Shown: positions 57,196 through 64,000 of the stretch, one piece after another
How positions within the stretch are numbered: the stretch's first letter is position 1
Layout: every line of letters starts with the position of its first letter
Source: Candidatus Cloacimonadota bacterium
GTDB taxonomy: Bacteria; Cloacimonadota; Cloacimonadia; JGIOTU-2
NCBI GenBank assembly: GCA_049903315.1
Contig: JBNGBT010000006.1
Location: 32,001 to 96,000 of the forward strand
Reading direction: 5' to 3'
DNA: 64,000 nt
Notes under the pieces: model-generated
The model's input: the letters and a program-made list of their open reading frames with translations, nothing else
Told to the model about the DNA's origin: nothing
Databases searched by the model: none
Program-made: the position numbers and the translations under genes

Positions 57196-58112
57196 TATTC
57201 CTCACTTTCTGCAATCTTGATGTGCGTCGGTCTCAGATGGAGGACAAATCCGCTCAAAGTGGGAATGAGAATATTGATCGCAAATAGAATCAGAGACGCA
57301 CTCGCCGCTTGCCCGGGTTCTATTAAAAGCTGTTTGAAAAAATATACCGAAGCAAGTTCGCGCAGTCCAAGTCCACTAAAAGTAATGGGGATCGCATTTA
57401 CCAGCATTACTATTGAAATGAAAAAGAAGGAGCTGAATATATTTACTGGCTTGAATGCATTAAGGATAAGGTAAAATTGGAAAATATACACAAACACAAA
57501 AAGAAGGGAAATGAAGAATATCTTCCCGGTGTGCACTTTCTTTAGGATTGCAGTAAATTTTTTGAAGTAGGGAAGATGCTGCGCAATATTTTTTGAGAAG
57601 AACATCAAAATCAGCACTATAATTGCTGCGATCAAATAATATAAACTCTCATGAAAACTCAGGGAAATGAATCCGAAGAGCATAAGAGAGCAAAATGCAA
57701 AAAATTTCTCATAAAATGCAAGAACCACCATCTCATCTTTTTTGGAGTTCGTGATATGAAATGCTCTTCCTATTTCGCCAAGTCTTGCAGGAGTGAAAAT
57801 GCTGTATGAAAAGCTGTAAAGGATCGATGAAAGGATCTCTTTATTAGAAACTTTTTCTTTGCTCAAAGTGACGAGGAATTTCCATCGTATTGATTGCAGG
57901 AAGAGATTAAGGGGTAGGAGCAGCAATGCAAAGATGACCCAGAGCACATCTGCATTTTTCAAGGCAGAAAGTATCTGTTGTGGTTTTATGATATAGAAAA
58001 GAAATATCAGAAAAAGAACGCTGATTATGATCTTAAAAATGAGGTGAGATTTCTTTTTTAGCATAGGAATAGAGCTCGCGGCTGAATATTTCTGATTTAT
58101 TTTCGTTTTCAT
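57195..58112 (-). CDS. Lysylphosphatidylglycerol-synthase TM / UPF0104 flippase-like membrane protein
   Basis: Multi-TM; RW..L, TPARLGEIGR, PITFSGLGLRE motifs. Confidence 0.82.
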   Translation of the reverse strand: MKTKINQKYSAASSIPMLKKKSHLIFKIIISVLFLIFLFYIIKPQQILSALKNADVLWVIFALLLLPLNLFLQSIRWKFLVTLSKEKVSNKEILSSILYSFSYSIFTPARLGEIGRAFHITNSKKDEMVVLAFYEKFFAFCSLMLFGFISLSFHESLYYLIAAIIVLILMFFSKNIAQHLPYFKKFTAILKKVHTGKIFFISLLFVFVYIFQFYLILNAFKPVNIFSSFFFISIVMLVNAIPITFSGLGLRELASVYFFKQLLIEPGQAASASLILFAINILIPTLSGFVLHLRPTHIKIAESEE

Positions 58113-58193
58113 TATTACATTTTTTTATCAGTGTTTATCAGCATAAACTTGTCCGCCCACTAGCGGATCAGTGTTAATCTGTGATCCATTCTT

Positions 58194-59129
58194 CTATTCT
58201 TCAAGAAGACTACTCATAAGAAGCGGGAACATGATCTCGTGATGACCGACAAAATGGAAGCCCTTCCCGCCGCATGCGGTCGGACGGTGAACGATATTCG
58301 TCATGGGTCTATAATGCTTTATCATATCAAAAACTGCCGTGTAGAAATTGTTTACTTCGTAGCCAAGATTGCGAACAATAGTTAAAGCCTTCAGAAATAC
58401 TTCCGGCAACACAACTGCGGAGCCAAACGAGAGAAGCACACCGCCTTCATTGAGGTCTTTGATAATATTCGTAAATATCTTGAAGTCCTTGTAACTGGCA
58501 CCACCGAGTGCAGCGCCATCTGCCTGCGGATGCTGATGAATGATGTCCGTACCGATCGCTGCATGCACGGTGATGGGGACATCGTATTCATATGCTTTTG
58601 CAAATACACTGTAGTCCCAGTAAGGAGGTTGTTCCTCAAAGATGAATTTGCCAAGTGCTTCGCCATAGCCAAGGTCATTTTCAAAGCCCTCGGAAATGAC
58701 TTCATTGATGATCCTTCCGGTTTCAGCTCCCATGCCGAAGCTGCCGTCCTCGAGTGCAGTTTCGACATCTTCGGATGTTTTGCCGAAAAAGGCGATCTCG
58801 AAATCATGGATGCCGACCGAACCATTCACTGCAATTGCAGAAATAACTTCCTGTTCGATCGCTCGGTTCACAAGTGGAGAAAGCCCGCATTTGATAAGAT
58901 GTCCGCCGAACATAAGAATGATTGGTTTCTGATCGATGATGGCACCTTTTGCATGACGGATCAATTCTTTTAAATCCTTTGCTGTGAGTATATTGGGCAG
59001 ACTTTTCACAAATTCATTTGTATTCACGAATTCATCTGATACGAAATCTTTTACATGCACCTTGCTTGGGCGGTCTTCGACAGAATATGTGTTAACGTCG
59101 CTTAAATCGATTTCTTCATATTTTGACAT
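58194..59129 (-). CDS. Conserved protein with a putative deoxyhypusine-synthase-like fold
   Basis: GGH.IK.GL, NG...IHDFE, SEDV...L.DG.FGM..ET, H.AIGTDI.H, GSAV.LPEVFLKA, GHHE.M.PLL. Family recognised, function not established. Confidence 0.6.
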   Translation of the reverse strand: MSKYEEIDLSDVNTYSVEDRPSKVHVKDFVSDEFVNTNEFVKSLPNILTAKDLKELIRHAKGAIIDQKPIILMFGGHLIKCGLSPLVNRAIEQEVISAIAVNGSVGIHDFEIAFFGKTSEDVETALEDGSFGMGAETGRIINEVISEGFENDLGYGEALGKFIFEEQPPYWDYSVFAKAYEYDVPITVHAAIGTDIIHQHPQADGAALGGASYKDFKIFTNIIKDLNEGGVLLSFGSAVVLPEVFLKALTIVRNLGYEVNNFYTAVFDMIKHYRPMTNIVHRPTACGGKGFHFVGHHEIMFPLLMSSLLEE

Positions 59130-59180
59130 ATTATTCTTCTTCGGGGCTGGAGCCCCTGTTCTATTTTATCCTGAGTCTAT

Positions 59181-59864
59181 TTATACTAATTTTTCGCGTA
59201 TCCAATAATGCAGAGGGGTCATAGCTTTGTAAATATTATAACACCACGTAATGAAATCGGATGAGAAGAGTGCTTCAGGTGGAGGGCATTCGTGCCAGGT
59301 GTATATCCCTTTAAATTTGAGGAGTTCGGCATATTTGTAATCTTTATCATAACCACGCGGAACGTTTCTCGACCCATCTCCACCAGCCCCGTATCCTGCC
59401 TTTTTAATTTCTTGGAAGACCTTGAGAAGTCTCTCTGCTTCTCTTGGTTTTGAAACGATCTCGCGATAGTTCTCAAGAATGTCTTTGGGAAATATGTACA
59501 GTCCCAGACCAATGAACACTTTTTGTGAGTCGATATGCAGGTAGTAGCCGGAATTGTCATTTTTCTTTCTGGGACCATCCCAGAAAAAGAATGCAAGATG
59601 GGTTTTATAAGGTGTCTTGTCCTTGCTGAATCGGATGTCGCGATGAATGCGGAAGATCGTTTTATCTACTTTCGGAATTGCATGAACATCCGGTGAGAGT
59701 TCGCGGAGTTTATCTCCCATTTCCATCACAAAATGCTGTGCAGGGGTAAGCACAAAAGTCTCATATTCAGCTCTGTGCTTCTCAAACCAGTCGCGAGAAT
59801 TATGAGCGGCAAGCTGTCCATAAAATGTGAGTAATTTTTTATCGAATCCTTTGAAAATATCCAT
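59181..59864 (-). CDS. DUF2461 family protein
   Basis: F...L..HN.R.WF..H...Y, IFRIHRDIRFSKDKTPYK, GYYLH, VPRGY. Confidence 0.9.
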   Translation of the reverse strand: MDIFKGFDKKLLTFYGQLAAHNSRDWFEKHRAEYETFVLTPAQHFVMEMGDKLRELSPDVHAIPKVDKTIFRIHRDIRFSKDKTPYKTHLAFFFWDGPRKKNDNSGYYLHIDSQKVFIGLGLYIFPKDILENYREIVSKPREAERLLKVFQEIKKAGYGAGGDGSRNVPRGYDKDYKYAELLKFKGIYTWHECPPPEALFSSDFITWCYNIYKAMTPLHYWIREKLV

Positions 59865-59866
59865 AC

Positions 59867-60289
59867 TTATAATTGAACATTCTCTGATGTTTGTTCGCCC
59901 GGACGCATGTATTCAAACATATCAACATGAAGTTGGAGTAAGATATAACTTGGATCTTCCGGGTCCTGCCAGTAATGACTGATGTAAGAGAAATCATCGA
60001 TGAATTTCTTGCGGATTTTAATGTCTTCAACGAACTCGACCTGTCCCGAACCACGAATGGAGCCATTCTCAACACCTTTTTCAACCAGATAACAGAATTC
60101 GAAATGAGGATTCTCTCTCAGTTGAGGAGTTTTTGCATCATTTTCACCAGTGGCAACCCAGAATTTGTTATCGACAAATAGCAACAGCATGGGCCGCACA
60201 TAAGGGCGTTCCTTGTCGCACGTTGCAAAGAAAACTGTCTGCATTTCTTTGAAATAGGAGAGTATTTCTTCTTTAATATTTTCTACCAT
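59867..60289 (-). CDS. Pyridoxamine 5'-phosphate oxidase-like (FMN split-barrel) protein
   Basis: FFATCD..RPYVRPM, K..QL.ENP, IRG.G, W..PEDP. Start set at MVENIK because the longer TTG start lies inside a palindromic repeat. Confidence 0.82.
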   Translation of the reverse strand: MVENIKEEILSYFKEMQTVFFATCDKERPYVRPMLLLFVDNKFWVATGENDAKTPQLRENPHFEFCYLVEKGVENGSIRGSGQVEFVEDIKIRKKFIDDFSYISHYWQDPEDPSYILLQLHVDMFEYMRPGEQTSENVQL

Positions 60290-60304
60290 ATTCTTATCTC
60301 CATC

Positions 60305-60442
60305 AAACAAGATCGGAATCTTGTTTTACTTGTAGCTCAACATTCCGATGTTGAGTAATAGGAATAATTCCTTTGAAAATTGAGTTATGTTTATTCATGA
60401 GTGATTCTTTCATTTTGAAACAAGATTGGAATCTTGTTTTAC
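60305..60442. repeat. Three REP-like palindromes (GTAR + 7-bp stem + TTCCRA loop)
   Basis: Minus 60305-60329 GTAA-AACAAGA-TTCCGA-TCTTGTT; plus 60332-60355 GTAG-CTCAACA-TTCCGA-TGTTGAG; minus 60418-60442 GTAA-AACAAGA-TTCCAA-TCTTGTT. Confidence 0.7.
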
Positions 60443-60976
60443 TTTATTTGGATGATAATACCGATCTCTTTCGCTGTAGATGCATCCGCAATATTGCTGA
60501 CGGTACATCCCTTCAGTTTTAGATCGTTCGATGCCCTCTTTCCAGAATTCGCGAAGATCTTTATAAAGGAATTTCACCCCATATTCTTTTGCAAGGGTTT
60601 CTGCGATGTCTTTCATTAATTCGTGATCCTGAAATTTGCTGTAAAACAAAGTTGATGTAAAATAATCGAATTTGCCCTTTCGAGCATATTTAGCTGTCTG
60701 TTCCAATCTATCCTGGTAACATATCCTGCAGCGTTCATGTTCTCTAAACACAACATTTCGAAGCCACTTTTCAAGGGGATATTCTCTGTTAAAGATCATT
60801 GGAAGGTCGTAATTTTTCTCAAACGTCTCAACTTCTTCCAATCTCTTTTGATACTCCTGGTAGGGTTGGATATTCGGATTATACCAGAATCCCGTGATGT
60901 CGAATTCATCCTTAAGATGTTCGTATGGTGCGATAAAGCACGGCGCACAACAAATATGAAAAAGCAACTTTTTCAT
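60410..60976 (-). CDS. queH: Epoxyqueuosine reductase QueH
   Basis: LLFHICCAPC, YNPNIQP..EY..R, RC..CY..RL, F.STL.YS, YRQQYCGC.YS. Confidence 0.92.
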   Translation of the reverse strand: MKKLLFHICCAPCFIAPYEHLKDEFDITGFWYNPNIQPYQEYQKRLEEVETFEKNYDLPMIFNREYPLEKWLRNVVFREHERCRICYQDRLEQTAKYARKGKFDYFTSTLFYSKFQDHELMKDIAETLAKEYGVKFLYKDLREFWKEGIERSKTEGMYRQQYCGCIYSERDRYYHPNKVKQDSNLVSK

Positions 60977-61187
60977 TAATTTCTAAATCCTAATATCTAA
61001 TTCCTAATGAAAATCCAAAGTTCAAATTCCAAATCATTTGTTTTTTCGTGATTTAATAATAATTGAAGAGAAGATCAAATTCAATAGTGTCTTCACCAAA
61101 TCTTGTAGTTCTTTCATCAAGATCGAATTTTTTATTCATTTGACATTAGTCATTTTATTAGAAATTAGAAATTTGACATTCGACATT
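60977..61187. repeat. Degenerate heptamer arrays in inverted orientation flanking the relic
   Basis: Left: aatttct aaatcct aatatct aattcct aatgaaaatcca aagttca aattcca. Right: ttgacat tagtcat tttat tagaaat tagaaat ttgacat tcgacat. Confidence 0.75.
61034..61139 (-). pseudogene. Internally deleted four-helix-bundle (23S rRNA IVP/Avd-like) gene relic
   Basis: N-terminus MNKKFDLDERTTRFGEDTIEF is fused out of frame to C-terminus LNLIFSSIIIKSRKNK* through the shared TTGAATTTG (61076-61084); flanked by heptamer repeats. Confidence 0.72.
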
Positions 61188-61191
61188 GTTC

Positions 61192-62340
61192 TTACTTGTA
61201 TTGCTTGAGGAGATGTGATGCGATGACCATTCTCTGTATCTGGTTCGTGCCTTCGTATATCTGAGTGATCTTGGCGTCACGCATCATTTTTTCAACCGGG
61301 TATTCTTTCATGTAGCCATACCCGCCAAGTACCTGCACTGCATCAGTAGTCACTTCCATTGCTATGTCCGATGCAAAGGTTTTGCACATTGCGGATTCCA
61401 TGCTGAATTTCTTTTCGCCGGAATCGATCATTCGGGCTGTGGCATAGATCAGCGCACGTGCAGCTTCGACCTTGATTGCCATGTCTGCGAGCATAAATTG
61501 GACTGCCTGAAAAGACGAGATCGGATTACCGAATTGGTGGCGTTCATGAGAATATTTTACTGCTTCTTCCATGGCGCCTTGAGCAATACCAAGCGCTTGT
61601 GAGGCAACCATGGGGCGTGATTTATCGAGGGTTTTCATGGCGATCATGAAGCCCATGCCTTCTCTGCCGATAAGATTTTCTGCCGGGACTTTCACATCTT
61701 CAAATATGAGTTCTCTTGTACAGGATGCACGAATACCCATTTTCTTTTCTTTTTTCCCGAAACTGAATCCATCTGTTCCTTTCTCCACAATAAAAGCGGA
61801 AGCGCCGCGAGCGCCTTTGGATTTGTCGGTCAAGGCAAATACTGTGTAAATATCCGCTTCTCCGCCGTTGGTTATCCATTGCTTTGTGCCGTTCAATATA
61901 TAATGATCTCCGTCTTTCACTGCAGTGGTTTTGACACCGCCTGCATCGGAACCGGCATTTGCTTCTGTCAATGCAAAAGCTGCCAACTTTGCTCCGTCTG
62001 CGATTGAGGGGAGATATTTTTGTTTTTGTTCTTCGTTGCCGCTGAGAAGGATCGGGTACATGCCGAGACCTGTTCCTCCGAGTGCGAGGGCAATGCCGCT
62101 ATCCACACGGCTCAGTTCTTCCATCATGACCACAAGATCCATGACCTTGCCGCCGAGTCCTTCATACTCCTCTGGCAGCATAACCCGGAAGAGATCGGTT
62201 TGTGCCATATGCTTGACTATATCCCAGGGGAAGATTCCCTCTTCATCATATTTTTCTCGTACTGGTTTCATCTTTTCTTCAGCAAGTTGACGGGCAAGTG
62301 CCTTTATTTCCTGCTGTTCTTCGGTTAAGAAGTATTCCAT
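61192..62340 (-). CDS. Acyl-CoA dehydrogenase (butyryl-CoA dehydrogenase-like)
   Basis: FALTE..AGSD, LNGTKQWITNG, KKMGIRAS, R.QFG.PI..FQ, VQVLGGYGY, RDAKITQIYEGTNQIQR. Confidence 0.95.
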   Translation of the reverse strand: MEYFLTEEQQEIKALARQLAEEKMKPVREKYDEEGIFPWDIVKHMAQTDLFRVMLPEEYEGLGGKVMDLVVMMEELSRVDSGIALALGGTGLGMYPILLSGNEEQKQKYLPSIADGAKLAAFALTEANAGSDAGGVKTTAVKDGDHYILNGTKQWITNGGEADIYTVFALTDKSKGARGASAFIVEKGTDGFSFGKKEKKMGIRASCTRELIFEDVKVPAENLIGREGMGFMIAMKTLDKSRPMVASQALGIAQGAMEEAVKYSHERHQFGNPISSFQAVQFMLADMAIKVEAARALIYATARMIDSGEKKFSMESAMCKTFASDIAMEVTTDAVQVLGGYGYMKEYPVEKMMRDAKITQIYEGTNQIQRMVIASHLLKQYK

Positions 62341-62504
62341 AGAACCTCCGGAATTTTGGATTTTTACCTAAATGAAATCGGCGTTAAAATAGTCAAGTTA
62401 TACGGTTTGGAGTAGTTGTGAGATAAAAAAATCAATACTAACCACAGAGAACACAGGGAGGAGAAAATTTCAAACTAATTCTAGGTGCTCTATTAATGAA
62501 GGAT

Positions 62505-63914
62505 TTATTTTATCAGCATCAACTTTTTGATTGTATAAGTATTTTCTGTAGCGAATTTACAGAAGTACATACCCGAGGATAAGCCTTCCGCATCCCACTT
62601 TGCTGAGGAGTGGTCATTGTTTATTGATAATTCTTCTATCTTTTGCCCTTTAATATTGTAAATCTCGATCGTAGCTTCTCGAATGTTGTATGGTAATGAA
62701 TAGCTGATAACTGTCGATGTGCTGAAAGGATTTGGAGAATTGTTCAATCTGATTGTCGTATGTTCATCTTCATCAATTGCATTTGGATCTTTCACATAAA
62801 TATAATTCTCTCGCAAGAATTCATCTGATCCATCCGTGTTATAAACAGTAAGTTTCACAGAATAATATCCCGTATCCTGATATGTATATTCCGGTTCTTC
62901 TTCATAAGAATCTATAACTCCATCATTATCAAAATCCCACTCATAATTTTGAATACTTCCGATAGAATAATTGCAAAATTGAGCATTAAGTGGAGGAGTT
63001 CCTTCATTAGTAGTTGTCGAGAAATTAGCTAATAAAGGCTCTTCTCCTTTAGAAAAGGGATGAAAAACCTCAAAAGTAATACCATAATCTATACTATAAA
63101 AGATGTATGTATGCATATTTTCTCCCATCATATTAATAAAGGTTAACATCATATAACATTCACCTTCTTGTCTTCCTCCAACTAAACCAAAACTATCAAA
63201 ATCAAAAAAATTAAATTCATTTTTCTTTAACCATGTATAACAATAATCAGTAGAATAAAAAAGATTAAAATATGAATCAATGATAAAAGTTTCACCTTCT
63301 AGAACACCCCTACTAATGCCAAAACCGTTTGCCTGATTATAATTTAGTACTTTATGTATGCTAAGATTTTCAAATTTATCATAAGTGATTAAAAGATAAA
63401 TTGAATCTGGAATACTTGTTACATTTACAGTAGCATACCCCATACCATCTTTATTGTCAATTTCGACTCCTTTTAGGTTTCCAAAAAATCCATTATAAGT
63501 ATGTTGAATAAAATTAATTCCATAATTTTCACTATGCGAAACAATTGCATTATATATTTCACCCTCAATCACTCCACTATTGCAGCCTATATAAATCCCG
63601 CTGCTTCTAAAGATCCAGCTTCCATATTGCCCATAATTATTAGAATAAAATAAGTTTTCGGGCATTGCAAAGTAATAAAGGACCCCTTGTTTTTTATCCG
63701 CACAAATACTCATCGCATTTACTGTGCTGTCCATACACACCGCAGTATTGCCAAAATCGGTAGAGTGATAAATACCTTCGCCGGTCATGGTTGGTCCTAC
63801 GAAATATATCTCTCCTATGTCGGGTCCTCGGGTAATGTGGTAGTCTGCAAAGGCAAGAGAAGTGGTAATACACACTAATAATATAAAAAACAGAATAATA
63901 TTTTTCATTTTCAT
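62505..63914 (-). CDS. Secreted protein with Asp-box-like repeats, PKD domain and T9SS-type CTD
   Basis: Signal peptide; S.D/N.G repeats (HSTDFG, YSNNYG, HSENYG, YSIDYG); PKD WDFDNDG...P.YTY...G.YSV.LTV; CTD NSPNPF...IYNIKGQ...SGMYF...KKLMLIK. Confidence 0.85.
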   Translation of the reverse strand: MKMKNIILFFILLVCITTSLAFADYHITRGPDIGEIYFVGPTMTGEGIYHSTDFGNTAVCMDSTVNAMSICADKKQGVLYYFAMPENLFYSNNYGQYGSWIFRSSGIYIGCNSGVIEGEIYNAIVSHSENYGINFIQHTYNGFFGNLKGVEIDNKDGMGYATVNVTSIPDSIYLLITYDKFENLSIHKVLNYNQANGFGISRGVLEGETFIIDSYFNLFYSTDYCYTWLKKNEFNFFDFDSFGLVGGRQEGECYMMLTFINMMGENMHTYIFYSIDYGITFEVFHPFSKGEEPLLANFSTTTNEGTPPLNAQFCNYSIGSIQNYEWDFDNDGVIDSYEEEPEYTYQDTGYYSVKLTVYNTDGSDEFLRENYIYVKDPNAIDEDEHTTIRLNNSPNPFSTSTVISYSLPYNIREATIEIYNIKGQKIEELSINNDHSSAKWDAEGLSSGMYFCKFATENTYTIKKLMLIK

Positions 63915-64000
63915 AAACTCCTATTATAGACTTCTGAAAATACAATTTGCTTTGTCAAATTTTATATATCTTTCATTCTGTTTTGAGAAAAAGTAATTTT

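Overview
Gene-dense, AT-rich chromosomal window from a diderm bacterium. It is most likely FCB superphylum and probably Cloacimonadota-like; this is inferred from lpxB, SprA/PorV-like barrels and FlgD-Ig-type C-terminal sorting domains, not from a database search. Housekeeping blocks are lysS-prfB (+1 programmed frameshift)-dgt-csp; infC (probable ATC start behind an L20-leader-like attenuator)-rpmI-rplT-pheST-zapB-like-zapA-6S RNA-rny-ymdB-folD; an lpoB lipoprotein trio; purM/glyS/dtd; queH; and an acyl-CoA dehydrogenase. The most notable element is an ~18 kb minus-strand locus: TonB-dependent receptor-exbB-exbD-exbD-tonB-large CTD protein-PorV-like barrel, followed by four tandem paralogous Asp-box proteins with T9SS-type CTDs, with a SprA/Sov-like translocon about 7 kb away. 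It looks like a TonB-energised uptake system coupled to T9SS-like surface display. Other signals are enrichment of Bacteroidota-type O-glycosylation sequons in exported proteins, shared DxDxDG-x-x-DED loops across the system, possible leaderless genes, REP-like palindromes, and an internally deleted four-helix-bundle gene relic. No rRNA, tRNA, CRISPR array or intact transposase was seen.
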